Source of the DNA: Octopus vulgaris
Taxonomy: Eukaryota
Direction: 5' to 3'
Assembly: GCA_951406725.2 (NCBI GenBank)
Contig: OX597840.1
Span: forward strand, 21,514,001-21,578,000
Length of the DNA: 64,000 bases
Positions 1 through 13,768 of the stretch are shown one piece after another (positions within the stretch are counted from its first letter, which is position 1; each line of letters begins with the position of its first letter). The translations under genes and the position numbers were made by a program. The notes under the pieces were generated by a model that ran no database searches, was not told where the DNA came from, and saw nothing but the letters and a program-made list of their open reading frames with translations.

Positions 1-1348
1 TGTTTGATAGAAATGCAAGAACAACGACCGTGAGTGGACCTTGGGAAAGCCATGGGGAAGTTGAGGGAAAACCCGGATGGAATGGAGGTGGTGTGAATGA
101 TACTGGCAATGATGGACTCTCCCATTGCAGGGGACGGACGAGCGTTCAGCTTTTTGCGAAACCCCCAGCATAAAAGCTTTGTTTAAAGTGGTTAAATGTT
201 CTTGCCAGACATTAGCTTACTCTCTTCCTGAAATTGATGTTGCCTGAACAGGGCCACAGTGTGCCATGCGTCAGGTGGCGGAGTGATTGCCGGGCAACAT
301 GAGATGAAGTGTTTTGCTCAAGGACACAACACACCGCCCGATTTAGGAATTGAAATCACGATTGCTAGGTCATAAGTACAACACCCTAACCACTGAGCCA
401 TGCACCCTTAATACTGGAAACAGGCAGAGGAAATGGTAGTGAAGCAGTAAAGAATAACACCAATGGTAACACTAATGCAGGGGGGTGGGGATAGAAATGA
501 CTAATTATAATCCTTCTTACTAAAGAAACTTTGGGGAAGGAGTCGGTCCCTTCTATAGAAATAGTCAGTCCCCAGTTTTAATAATTAGGTGACCTAATTA
601 GCAACGACGGGTTCGGTGCTACAGAAGTGTAAGGGACAGTTTAAGAATGGCATGGGAAACGTTTAGGGAGCAATCACCTCCTCTTGTGATGCTGGGATTC
701 TCTCTCTGAGTGGACTGTAGATTGTATAACGGTTGTCTTTGAAGTGTGATGTTGTACCTTTTTCATTGTGAGTTCAAATCCTTCCTCGGCCCCTGAATGG
801 CCCATGATGTTAGTTGAGCACATTGACCCCAGTGCATAACTGGTACTTATTTCATCAACCCCAAAAGGGCGAAAGTCAAAGTCAATCCTGGTATTCACCA
901 GACCTAGCACCAATATTAAAATTTTTTTTTGTATTGTTTTAGATGTTTAATTTTTAATTTTTAATCTTTTTATTCTAATTTTTAATCCTTAATTTTTCCA
1001 ATGTTTTAACTTTTTAAATTCTTTTAATTTAATTTAAAATTATATTTGGCCTTGAATTTTATTTGCTTTTTCAAAATCTTTATTTCTACTTTGAGCCTCC
1101 CATTTTCCCCTCCATCCCTATTTACCATCCTCTCTTACAAAAGCTTTCTCCACTTTCTCATCCTAATACAGTTTACTGCTGTTTTTTCATTCCATTCACT
1201 CCAAATGTGCAATCTGCTATGAATGACCCAATATTAAAGACTTAAGATGACCATGTGAAGGGTCTGTGGCCCGATATCAAATTTCAACACAATCTTTTCA
1301 TGGTATTTGACCTGAAGACAATGCAAATGTTTTTAAGTGTGATGACCC

Positions 1349-1395
<47 letters not shown>

Positions 1396-1501
1396 CTAAA
1401 CTGGCAAAATGACCATTTTGAATGGGATATTGTGGGTTTTTTTTCCTTTTAGGTAAACTGTCAATTTTAGCCCCAACTCCCTGTATAGTACATGTATGTA
1501 T

Positions 1502-1915
1502 GCGCAAGGAGTGGCTGTGTGGTAAGTAGCTTGCTAACCAACCACATGGTTCTGGGTTCAGTCCCACTGCGTGGCATCTTGGGCAAGTGTCTTCTGCTAT
1601 AGCCTCGGGCCGACCAATGCCTTGTGAGTGGATTTGGTAGACGGAAACTGAAAGAAGCCTGTCATATATATATATATATATATGTGCGTATGTGTGTATG
1701 TGTCTGTGTTTGTCCCTCTAGCATTGCTTGACAACCGATGCTGGTGTATTTACGTCCCCGTCACTTAGTGGTTCGGCAAAAGAGACCGATAGAATAAGTA
1801 CTGGGCTTACAAAGAATAAGTCTTGTGGGGGTCGATTTGCTCGACTAAAAGGTGGTGCTCCAGCATGGCCGCAGTCAAATGACTGAAACAAGTAAAAGAG
1901 TAAAAGAGTAAGAGT
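1502..1915 (+). mobile_element. tRNA-derived SINE family A (most abundant repeat)
   Basis: Head GGAGTGGCTGTGTGGTAAG..GGTTCAGTCCC, CORE-like GGCATCTTGGGCAAGTGTCTT, an internal TA/TG microsatellite and a (GAGTAAAA)n tail. Dozens of full and partial copies occur across the window. Confidence 0.88.
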
Positions 1916-1916
1916 A

Positions 1917-1956
<40 letters not shown>

Positions 1957-2919
1957 CCCTGAAACAATACTAATTACAAAGTACAAACTACTTTTAAATA
2001 CACTTCATACTGATCCACGTCGTCGTTATAGTTACAGTTTTTTTGGTTACATATCCTACTTCATAATTAACATCCCACCCCCCACACCTACTATGAGATG
2101 ATAACGCTTTAATTAATGTTGTTGTTGTTGTTGTTGTGGTGGTGGTGGTGGTGGTGGTGGTGGGTTTCATTTTTATTGATTTTTTTTCCCTTTCTTTCCC
2201 CGAGAATCATTTTGTGTCGTTTTATTATTTGTTGCTGGACATCGATGATGCTGTGGCTGTTTAGCCCTAGGTCGGTCCTGATTGAGTACACCAATGATCA
2301 AAGGCATTTTGATTATGTCCGGGCACCAGAATGGGCGCGTGGTTCAGAGGGTTTGCTTCATAACCAAATGGTTTCAGGTTCAGTCCCTTATGCAGTTGTT
2401 TTCTCCTATAGCTTAGGGTTGGTCAACACCTACGGGATGAAACTTGCTGAGCAGAAACTGTACAGAAGAACGAACACACACACACACACACACATCACAC
2501 ACACACACACATCACACACACACACATCACACACAACACACATCACACACAACACAATAACACCACACACACACACATCACACACACACACACATCACAC
2601 ACACACACACACACTCACACACACACATCACACACACCACACACACACACACACGCATGCACACACACACACACACACACACATTACACAACATGATGTC
2701 GAGTACAGAAGCGTTGACATAGAGGACAATTAATTCTCCCAGATAATGAATATTATCCCCTATAATTTTGGTGGGGACTGAACTCAAAATCATGAGGTTG
2801 AGAGGTAAATTCCTTATTACACAGCTACACTTACCCCTATATACATATGTGCTTTTAATTTACTAACAAAATTAGGGCATTTTACCCCCATAGATGTGGA
2901 TGATGACATTGCCATGTCA

Positions 2920-3230
2920 GTCCTTGGGTGGTACAACACCTCTTCTCATTGACTTATGCAACTGACTAGCGTGTCCCCTAAATTGCCAACATCTTACCAA
3001 CTGTCCCTTATAATCCAACTGCTTTCCCTGCCTCTGTATTCTTAATTTTGCCCTTTAATCGTACAGCAGTCAACAGCAATGGCTGTTCTTCTGTTGGTCC
3101 CTCTTCTTCTCATGCATGCTCCACATTCAGCAACATTTTCTGTGCCCCCTTCTCAGTGAAGCTATGCGTATTATTGTCATTCCAAACATGCTTTTATTAA
3201 AGATGTCTTGATACACACTGGTACACAGTT
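2920..3230 (-). mobile_element. Highly decayed RTE-like pre-RT fragment
   Basis: Minus-strand fragments KMLLNVEHA*E and EAGKAVGL*GTVGKMLAI*G resemble the LLNVE..W and GKA.GP.GI..EMLK motifs. Confidence 0.45.
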
Positions 3231-3357
3231 TTTGCAACTGGGAACAGCTTATACCTCTAATCCTTTCTTTGCAGAAACTAGTAAACCTCACACTTTTAGC
3301 AATTACAGTACATATTAGCCAATTAAGAACACAAAAAACTGTTAGCTTTACTTAAAC

Positions 3358-3785
3358 ACTAGCTGTATCACCCTGTATTGTTGGGTTTGTTTCGACCCTT
3401 TAGAATTGGAATTTTTGAAAAGTAAAAATTTTGCATTAAGTGAACATTTTTCTGGTTGAAATACACTGAAAAATGTTGTGTAAGTTGACCGAAATTGAGA
3501 GTATGATAGAAGAAGGCTTGCTCTTCCTTCCATAGAAGATAAAATTCAAACAGACCATGTTAATACCAAAAATTATTTACATCAAAAAGGTGCTTTTTTT
3601 CTATAAAAATCCCTTTTTTTTACAATTTTTTGACTGCTGTGTCACCATTTTTCGGTGTATTTCAACCAGAAAAATGTTCACTTAAAGAGAATAACAAGAT
3701 ACATAATGCAAAATTTTTACTTTTCAAAAATTCCAATTCTAAAGGGTCAAAACAAACCCGAGCAATGCCAAGCGATACTGCTAGT
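3358..3785. mobile_element. Foldback element with long inverted arms ending in ACTAG/CTAGT
   Basis: 3358-3480 is the reverse complement of about 3640-3785, with an indel of about 20 bp. Confidence 0.75.
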
Positions 3786-3854
3786 ATAACAATAAAAGTA
3801 AAAATTAACCACCAAATGAACCTTTTAAATTCTTGGAAGTCCCCATAAAAGTAA

Positions 3855-4135
3855 TCAGTCCCTTCTCCTGAAATATTTGATCCCTTCTGTTTAAGTAGTC
3901 GACCCCTTCCACTTAAATAGTCGGTCCCTTCTATTGAAGAAGTTGGTCCCTTCTACTGAAATACTCCGCCCTTTCTACTGAAACAGTCGGTCCCTTCCAT
4001 TGAAATAGTTGGTCCCTTCTGTTAAAGTAGTCGATCCCTTCCACTTAAATACTCGGTCCCTTCTATTGAAGAAGTTGGTCCCTTCTACTGAAATACTCGG
4101 CCCTTTCTACTGAAGCAGTCGGTCCCTTCCACTTT
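3855..4135. repeat. Minisatellite, unit of about 20 bp (AGTCGGTCCCTTCTATTGAA-like)
   Basis: Roughly a dozen degenerate tandem units are visible. Confidence 0.85.
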
Positions 4136-4639
4136 TAATAATTAGGTGACCTCCCCACTTTTAATAATTAGGTGACCTAATTAGCAATGATGGGGGTGGG
4201 TGCTACAGAAGCGTAAGGGACAGATTAAGAATGTCATGGGAAACGTTTAGGGAGCAATTACCTCCTCTAATGATCCTGGGATTCTCTCTCCCTAAGTGAA
4301 CTGTAGATTGTATAACGGTTGTCTTTGAAGTGTGATGTTGTACCTCTTTCATTGTGAGTTCAAATCCTTCCTCGGCCCCTGAATGGCCCTTGATGTATTT
4401 TTTTTCACGAAAAATACCAACAAGGCTGATTTACTTGGAAAACAGACTCAACTGACCTTGAAATTACACAGTTATGTCAGATATTATAATGACATCGTTA
4501 ATGTCATCACCATGTCAATTAATTTTTGACTAATTGGGTTATTTGTTTGTTTGTTTGTTTGTTTATGTTTTTATTTGTGAATTTGTTTATTTGAATTTTG
4601 TAATTTTTCTCATACAAAACTGTCTTTCTGAAAGCCATG

Positions 4640-4925
4640 GAGTGGTATTGATGGTGATGGTAGTGGTAGCTGTGATGATGATGATGATGGTGATGATGGT
4701 AATGGTAGTGGTGGTGATGATGATGGTGATGATGATGGTGGTAGTTGTGATGGTGGTGGTGATGATGATGGTGATGATGATGGTGATGATGATGGTGGTG
4801 ATGATAATGATGATGATGGTGGTGGTGATGGTGGTGGTGGTGGTGGTGGTAGTGGTAGCTATGATGGTGGGGGTGATGATGATGATGGTGGTGGTGATGG
4901 TGGTGATGATGATGGTGGTGGTGAG
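4640..4925. repeat. (GAT/GGT)n trinucleotide microsatellite
   Basis: Seen directly; it produces the spurious poly-His and poly-Met/Val ORFs. Confidence 0.95.
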
Positions 4926-5726
4926 TGTGAGCAATCTCTGGGACATTCAAAAAGATGAGATGGTCTGTCTCATGTCACAGAGTGTATGTATGAATGTGTG
5001 TATTAATGTGCGTACATGTGTGTATGTGTGTCTGTGTGAGTGTGTGTCTATATATCAATTAGTGTATAAGTGTAAGTCTGTGTATGTGTGCATGTGTTAG
5101 TGTGTGAATATTTGTGTGTGTGTGTGTGAATATTAAAGCGTGCGCATCAGAGTGAATGTAGGCATATATATAGATCTGAGTGTGTGTGTGTGTGCATGTT
5201 TATGTGTGTATGTGTGTGTACATGCCTGTGTATGTGTATGTGTACATACGTGTGTATGTATATATGAGTGTGTGTGTGTGTGTGTATATCAGTGTATCTG
5301 TGTATACATGTGTGTATGTGAGTAGGTACGTGTACATGTGTGTATGTATGTGTGTATCTTTGTATGTGTGTGTGTGTGTGTGTACATGTGTGTATATGTG
5401 CATGAGTGTAGGTGTGTACTTGTGTATGCGTATGCATGTGTGTTTGTTGATCGAAGTGACACACCTTTCCTCACAAAAATCAATATAAACCTTCAATTTA
5501 TTATTTTCTCATAAGATTTTCCTTTCTGCCTGGCTTACCTCAACGGTCACAGGTGGCAGAGTCATCATTTCTCTATCTGCCACCAACCGACACTCGCAAG
5601 TTGGCTATTCTGGCATTGAAGAGATATAGGTCAGACAGTGGCACACCTATTTGAGTACTCAGAATGCACACCTATTAATTTGATTCATCCTCATATAAAC
5701 TCCTCATATCCTTTATATATATATAC

Positions 5727-6090
5727 ATTACGTTACAAGGATGTTTGCAAAAGGGATATGAAGGCCTGCAACATCAATATTAGTGGTTGGGAAGCAATTG
5801 CCAGCAACCGTGGAGATTGGCGACATACCGTAAAAGAGGGAATACAAAGGAGTGACAGAGAGAGGAGAAATGGAAATACAAGAAAAGACGTCAACAAGAA
5901 ATTATGGCATTACAACCAGTCAGGAACAGTCTTCGCTACATTTGCGGCACCTGCCAGAGGGAGTGTTTGTCCAGGATAGGACTACACAGTCACAGCAGGA
6001 AATGTATCAGGACATGAAATGTAAAAGCCGGACTAGACTATTTTATGCGCAACTCCATTGTCTCCCGAGACAAAAAGGATGCCAACAACA
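5727..6090 (+). mobile_element. 3' end of an RTE-clade LINE
   Basis: LRYKDVCKRDMKACNINISGWEAIASNRGDWRHTVKEG, then a frameshifted C..C.R.CLSRIGLHSHSRKC zinc-finger-like motif and a short (CAA)n tail. Confidence 0.8.
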
Positions 6091-9000
6091 ATATATATAC
6101 ATACATCAGAGGTAGAACCAGGTTCCAAAGTTAGGGAAATCAAAAAAAAAAAGGCATCGTGACACTCACCCAACAATTTTTATCTAATCTCTCTTACATT
6201 ACACAAAATTCTCCAGTAATTATAATGTATATGTAATTATATTCTACATTCATTAATTTTATGTTTCAGTAACGATATCATTATGTATGAAAGTAACAAC
6301 TACTGACAATTGGTGTGATGTGGGAAAAGATGAAACTCCATGGGATTGTCCAACGATGAGAGGTTAGGGCGCCAGGGTTTTTTTTGCTTCTTCAGATGTC
6401 AGTAGGACCAAAAGGATAAAGACCCTTCCTGAGTCATAGAGGCTTGTAGGGCCAGCTTCCTGGTTTCCATGGCATATATATTCCCCACTGGATGGGATGC
6501 AAGTCTGTCACAGGATAACTCACTTTTGTCAGCTGAGTGGATTGGAGCAACGTGAAATGAAGTGTTTTGCTCAAGAACACAACAGATCGCCCAGTCCCGG
6601 AATTGAAACCACAATCTTACAATCGGGAGTCCAATATCCTAACCACTTAGCTACTGACAATAGGTGTGATGTGAAAAAAGATGAAACTCCATGGGATTGT
6701 CCAGTGATGAGAGGTCAGGACGTCAGGGTTTGTTTTGGTTCTTCCGATGTCAGCAGCCACCAACGCATCATGGGGGAATGAGCAGACTAAAAAAACTAAA
6801 TGGGTGAGCACGTGCTAGTTCCTTACGGACGTTTCTGCCAAGAGGCAAAGAAACCTAGGGGTGGACCAAGAATGAGATGGTTGGATGGTATCCATAGTCT
6901 CAGGTGGTCATGCTTAGGAATCCAGCAGGAAAATTTAATGATGGTTGCTTCTGATCGGAGCCCATGGCGGAGGTGCATGAAGACTCTACTACAGCTGGCC
7001 CTTCTGTTGGTTATGATGATAAGGGTTCCAGAGGACCCGATCAACAGAACAGCTTGCTTGTGAAATTAACATGCAGGTGACTGAGTACTCCACAGACATA
7101 TGCGCTCTTAACATAGTTCTCAGGGAGATTCAGTAGGATACAGTATGTGACAAGGCTGAGCTTTTTAAATACAGGTAGGACACATTTTTGCTAGCTGAGG
7201 AGGAGTCTGGAGCAATGGGAAATCAAGGATCTTGCCCAAGGTTACAATGCAACACTGAAAATCAAACTCATGACCTTCAGGCCAGGGGCTGGATATCCTC
7301 AAACCCAAACCACTAAGCCAAGTGCTTTTACACAGAGGACTCTATCTTTGCCATGACCCTCTCAGCAATTGTGGGTGGAGAAGACAGACAGATGGATGGA
7401 TGGAGACAGAAGGAATGCCATTCCACAGAAATATGATGACAGAATGCTTAATCAAGTCTGTGACCCGGTACTTGAAGTGGGTCACACAATATCAAAGAAA
7501 CAAATGGCATATTTCAAACAATTATTGAATTCTATTCAATAATTATATCTCTGGAGTATTTATTAGAGAGATAATGAAACTGACCTAGATTTAGTCAGAG
7601 TTAGAATTTTTGTATGACTTCTTACAAAAATCTTTTGGTACCGATGTGGTTTTACAAGACGTTATTGTCAGGTGAAGGCATGGCTGTGCTGTTAAGGACT
7701 TTACTTTGCGACCATGTGGTTTTGAGTTCAATCCTATAGGGGGGTCACTTAGACAAGTGTCTTCGACCATAGTCTTAGGCTGACCAATGCTCTCTGAGTG
7801 AATTTGATTGAGGGAAACTGTATGGAAGCTCATTGTTTATATATCTGTTATCTTTTACTTGTTTCAGTCATGAGACTGTGGCCATGCTGGAGCTCCGGCT
7901 TTAGTTGAGCAAATCGACCCCAGGACTTATTCTTTGTAAGCCCAGTACTTATTCTATCGGTCTCTTTTGCTAAGTTACGGGGACGTAAACACACCAGCAT
8001 CGGTTGTCAAGCGATGTTGGGAAGACAAACACACACACAAACATATACACACACATACATATATATATATACATATATATACGACAGGCTTCTTTCTAGA
8101 ACAGTGACCCATGCAAGCAAAATAGTAAATTTGGAATCCATGGTAGTAGTTTAAGAGTTCATTAAATTATTATATATGTATGTGTGTGTATATGTTTGTG
8201 TGTCTGTGTTTGTTCCCCCCACCAACATCGCTTGACAACCGATGCTGGTGTGTTTACGTCCCTAAGAGCCACTGTGCATCCGTTAGAATCCCTAGAAATA
8301 GCAGTCAACACCCCTTTAAATCATAACTACTTTCTTTAAAGAGAAAGGGGAAATTTGATGATGAATTCCTAGATATACTTATGTCATGAAAAGTCCCAGA
8401 TATCTCCAGAAAGACCAGAGTGTCACGGCTGGAACACCTTAGATTATATGGTTGTTCGTTCTGCAGTGTCCTGGGGCTAAAACAAGAACCCGCCACCGCC
8501 ACCACCACCGCCGCCCCCGCCACCACCACCACCACCGCCCCCGCCGTTACTTTCATTTTCGCTCTCCTGTCGTATCTCCGTTCACGAGTCAACTTGGAGC
8601 CACCGTGCAGCCGTTAGAACCGCTAGAAATAGCAGTCAAAACTCCTCCAAATCGTTACTTTCTTAAAAAAGAAAGGACAAATCTTATAGTGAATTCCTAG
8701 ATATACTTATGTCAGGAAAACCAGCCGGGTTGGTCACAGTTGGAATGCCGTTGATCGTTGGTTAGCTCGATCAGGGTTGACCTGTGGACTTACAAAGTAC
8801 GTCGGTCGCCACCCTACTGTCTTCATTTACAGAAAAGGAAGGAGAGATATTTGATAATGTAATCTAAGGATGATAAGCTAATATCTGAAAGCAAAAGAGG
8901 TGCGCTTATGAGTGGAATGTATTTGATCGTAGTTTGGCGCCGATAGAAAATGATCTGAGATTTAAACAGCTCAGACGACGGCGATAAACCATTTCAATCC

Positions 9001-9213
9001 GCCAGTCGCACCACGAATCGAATAATGAACTAATGATTAAAAAAATATTGATTTTTCCTTTTTTTTTTTTTTTTTTTTCCTAAAAATCTCATTTTCTCAC
9101 TTTTCCGTTGATTAGATTTTATATTGTTAATTTTTAGGTCAAAATTCTCATCGATTCCTGCTCCTCTCTCTCTCTTTCTCTCTCTCACTCTCTCTGTCAC
9201 TCTCTCTCTCACA

Positions 9214-9260
<47 letters not shown>

Positions 9261-9653
9261 CCACTCTGTTATAGGTTCAGGCGTGGCTGTGTAGTTAAGA
9301 AGCTTGCTTCCCAACCCTGTGGACTTGGGTTCAGTTGCACCGTTTGACGTCCTTAGGGAAGAATATATGTATACATATATATATATATAATATATTAATA
9401 AATGAAATAAAACATATGCATATATACATACATATATGTACGTACCTACCTCTACATGTATATATACACGCATATATGAGTACAGGACACCAAAAAAACG
9501 TCGAACACAACGAGAAACGAAAACATAGACACAAACCCAAGGAACTGGACATTTTTCTTAAACAACAAAAGAATAGAGTACAGGACAAATAACACAAGGA
9601 AAAAACCCCTTCTTCAGTCGCCATGGTTTCATCTACTCTACGTTTCGAAGGTG

Positions 9654-9689
<36 letters not shown>

Positions 9690-9691
9690 TA

Positions 9692-10079
9692 TATTTTACT
9701 TGTTTCAGTCATTTGACTGTGGCCATGCTGGAGCACCGCCTCAATCGACCCCCGGACTTATTCTTTGCAAGCCTAGTACTTATTCTATCAGTCCATTTTG
9801 CCGAACCGCTAAGTTACGGGGACGTAAACACACCAGCATCGGTTGTCAAGCGATGTTAAGGGGGGGGACAAACACAGACACACAAACATATACACACACA
9901 CGCATATATATACATATATACGCTGGGCTTCTTTCAGTTTCCGTCTGCCAAGTCCACTCGTAAGGCTATGGTCGGCCCGAGGCTATAGTAGAAGACACTT
10001 ATCCAAGGTGCCATGCAGTGGGACTGAACCCGGAACCATGAGGTTGGTAAGCAAGCTACTTACCACACAGCCACTCCTA
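9692..10079 (-). mobile_element. SINE family A copy
   Basis: Reverse complement of the 1502-1915 element. Confidence 0.85.
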
Positions 10080-11939
10080 CACCTACATGTGTGTGTGTGT
10101 GTGTGTGTTCATCCCCACCACCGCTTGACAACCGGTGTAGGTGTGCTTACGTCCCCGTAACTTAGCGGTTAGGCAAAAGAGACCGATAGAATAAGTACCA
10201 GGCTTTGTAAAATAATGAATACCGGGATCTATTCATTCGGCAAAAATTCTTCGAGGCAGTGCCCCAGCATGGCCGCAGTCTAATGAGTGAAACATGTAAA
10301 ACGTTAACTCTAAGAGATAAATTATGATAAAAATGTAATTTAACTCTTGATAGGGCAGCCCTTACGACCCCAGGAAGGGATTCACAGCGTGATTAACCCA
10401 CTTTCATTTTTATCTCTAAAATTAGTTTTATCCAGAACCACATTCCCATTCTTGTTGTGGGTGTGGCTCGACATGGAATTAGCTGCTATTTCTAGCTCGG
10501 CCATCGATATACCACGCAGGGGCTTCCTTTTCGACGTGTATATGAATCTTATTTTTTTTCGGGCAGTGGATCGCGGCCATGCTGGAGCTCTTCAAGACTT
10601 TTAGTCAAACAAATCGACACTACTTTTTTTTTTTTAAAGTCAGATGTGGGTCACTTTTTCCAAACTACTAAGTTGCGGGGACTTAAACAAACCAACACCG
10701 GTTGTCTAGCGATCGTAGTGGAGTGATAAACATATAGACACACATACGTATATATATGTATGTATATTTATATACACACATGTATGTATGTATATATATA
10801 TATATATATGGATGTACACACACATATATATATATGTATATATATATATATATGACGGGCTTCTTTTAGTTTCCGCCTTCCAATCCACTCACAAGCTTTG
10901 GTCAACCCAGGGCTATAGTAGAAGGCATTTATTCCAGATGTGACACACTGTAGGATTGAACTCAGGATCATGTGATTGGGGGAGTAAACGTCTTACCACC
11001 ACACAGGCCTGAAACTTCAACAAGTTATGAATCAAAGCAACACACCGCCTCCACAACCACCAACAACATCAACGAACGAGTCTCTCTAAGTGGTCGCTTA
11101 ACAAGCTAGAAATAGCAGCTAAATCTACTTGACTCACACCCAAATGTCTTAAACGCGGATGAGTACACAGAACAGTATGAAGTCCTAGGACGAGATGACA
11201 ACTGGAATGTCTTCCGTTACATATCTGCTCATCACCATAAAAACATACATGTGAAAGCCGATATGATGGAAGGTATTTTCTCATCTCCTCTCTCTCTCTC
11301 TCTTTGATGGTTTTCCCGGCCGCCTTGTCTTTTTATGGAGCTGGCAGAGTCGTTAGATCGTCGGGAAATACCCCAAGGTATTTGTTCCGACTCTTTACGT
11401 TCAAATCCCGCTAACATTAACCATGCCTTTCATCTTTTCGGAGTTAATAAAATAAAATACCAGTAAAGTCCTGAAGTCGTTGAAACGACTAAACCTTCAA
11501 CCATTGTCTTTTTTCCCCACATTTTCTCTTCTATTTTTCCTACTTATCTTTTTATCACTCCATCTTATCTTTCTTTCTCTCGCATACTTTTCTCTCTTTC
11601 TTAAACAATCTCTTCGTTCTCACACTTCCTTCCTCGTGTCTTCGTTTATAGCGAGATGTACTGTCTGTCAAAAAGATATAGATGGGGGTGGTCACAGTGT
11701 TCAGCATCTTTGATGTTTGGGTCTGTTCCATCAACATATGGCTTAAGAATAAATAAATAAAAAACACAGAAAGCTGAAAAGCCTCATTAAGATATGCTGG
11801 TGTTTCAATAAAAGGCGACATGGTCACGTTTGGAACGTCTTTGATCACAAATTTGGTGGATCGCGATTAACCAAAGAGGCTAAACAAGAACTTTCCTAGT
11901 GAAAAAGTTGAGGACGAAGAGGGAGAGAGAGAGGTATAC

Positions 11940-11955
11940 AGATCGATAGATAGAC

Positions 11956-12018
<63 letters not shown>

Positions 12019-12037
12019 CAGAGACAGACAGACAGAC

Positions 12038-12087
<50 letters not shown>

Positions 12088-12124
12088 GTAGATAGATAGA
12101 TAGATATATAGATAGATAGATAAG

Positions 12125-12203
<79 letters not shown>

Positions 12204-12270
12204 GTAGATAGATAGATAGATAGATAGACAGATAGATAGATAGATATATATATATAGATAGATAGATAAG

Positions 12271-12326
<56 letters not shown>

Positions 12327-12368
12327 CAAACAGACAGATGGATGGATAGATAGATAGATAGATAGATA
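11940..12368. repeat. (GATA)n microsatellite
   Basis: Seen directly; others at about 12662-12782 and 14553-14645. Confidence 0.95.
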
Positions 12369-12662
12369 AACAAGGGTGGAGAGAGAGAAAGATATAAGTA
12401 GTGTGAGAAACAGATGTGATAGAGAGAGGGGGAAAGTGGTTGGCAAGAAGTGAATGAAGAGACAGATAAGATATAGAAAGACAGGAGAGAGAAGAAGAGA
12501 AAACAAGTGCCAGGGGGTTCCGGTGGACTCTTATTTCCGCTTACTGAGTGTGAGACGGCGCCGCCGACAATGATGGATCTCCCTTACTCTCTCTCTCTCA
12601 CTTTAACAAATGCTTGCGTACTCCTATATATGAACATGCTTACATACGTCTATGTATACGTA

Positions 12663-12741
<79 letters not shown>

Positions 12742-13020
12742 TTGTTTGTCTGTCTATCTATCTATTTACCTATCTATCTATAGGCAATATATATTTCTTT
12801 ATTGCCCACAAGGGGCTAAACATAGAGGGGACAAACAAGGACAGACAAAGGGATTAAGTCGATTACATCGATCCCCAGTGCGAAACTGGTATTTTATTTA
12901 TCGACACCGAAAGTACCTCGGCGGAATTTGAACTCAGAACGTAACGACAGACGAAATACCGCTAAGCATTTCGCCTGGTGTCTGCCAGCTCGCCGCCTTA
13001 TTAGCGAGATATATATAATA

Positions 13021-13087
<67 letters not shown>

Positions 13088-13481
13088 CATACACACACAC
13101 ACATATATACATGAGTGGGGTATACACATACACAAGTACATACGCGGTAGTACAACCTAACATCATTTTTCGAATTTGCTTTGCAAGCCGAAGATGTACT
13201 TTGCCAGAGTCATGATGCCAATAAACACACACCCTGACTGTATTTGACCCAGTTTCAAGTCAGGTACAGCAAAAACTGAAGTGAGCAACAACCAGCGCGT
13301 GTTTACATTGGCAGTATCATCCTCCCAAAGATCAACTACACACACACACATACTCACACACACATACACATACATATATACACTTATATACATATATGTA
13401 CGCATGTATATATATATAATGTTTTAATTTGATCCAGTTAGTCACTTGTTCCTCTGAGTTTTACCTGTGGGTGCCCAGGTT

Positions 13482-13540
13482 CTTCATGACTTACCTGAAG
13501 ATCCTGTGCATTCACAGGCGAAACCTCGGGTAGCATGAGA
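13482..13540 (+). ncRNA. Hammerhead motif, partly degenerate
   Basis: CTGAAGA(13495-501)-t cctgtg catt cacagg c-GAAA(13520-23)-CC tcg G-GTA(13530-32)-gcatgaga, with tcatg/catga pairing in an interrupted helix I. AATAAA follows at 13554. Confidence 0.6.
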
Positions 13541-13732
13541 CTGACTTGACCAAAATAAAGTATATTATTATTGGTGCTTTTTTTCAGACAGTCAACACTA
13601 AATCTGTGTGAGGATATATAATATATATATATATATATATATAATTGAAATTTACAGAAAAACGAAAGACGAAGACAAGTATATGGACAGCAAGCAGGTG
13701 TATTAGCTTGACACTCGGGAAAGTGAGAAAGT

Positions 13733-13768
13733 CTTTTACGTTTCGAGCCTACGCTCTTCAACAGAAAG
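13733..13768 (-). ncRNA. Hammerhead-like variant motif in a TA/CA-flanked repeat
   Basis: Minus strand reads cttt-CTGTTGA-A-gagc gtag gctc-GAAACGTA-aaag: 4-bp helix II, ACGT palindromic helix III and an atypical core. A second copy of the same repeat lies on + at about 23365-23500 (motif 23392-23427). Confidence 0.45.

Noticed and set aside
3855-4135. Short regular repeats resembling a CRISPR array
   Set aside because: No unique spacers, no cas genes and eukaryotic context; it is a minisatellite.
4519-5100. Poly-His and poly-Met/Val ORFs
   Set aside because: Translations of a (GAT/GGT)n microsatellite with no splice or domain context.
9480-9655. Minus-strand GAAACGTA...CTGAAGA as a permuted hammerhead
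   Set aside because: Helices I and II do not pair convincingly. It may be a truncated 3' half of the HHR-type repeats, but it is not callable.
11867-12506. (YLSI)n ORFs
   Set aside because: Translations of the (GATA)n microsatellite.
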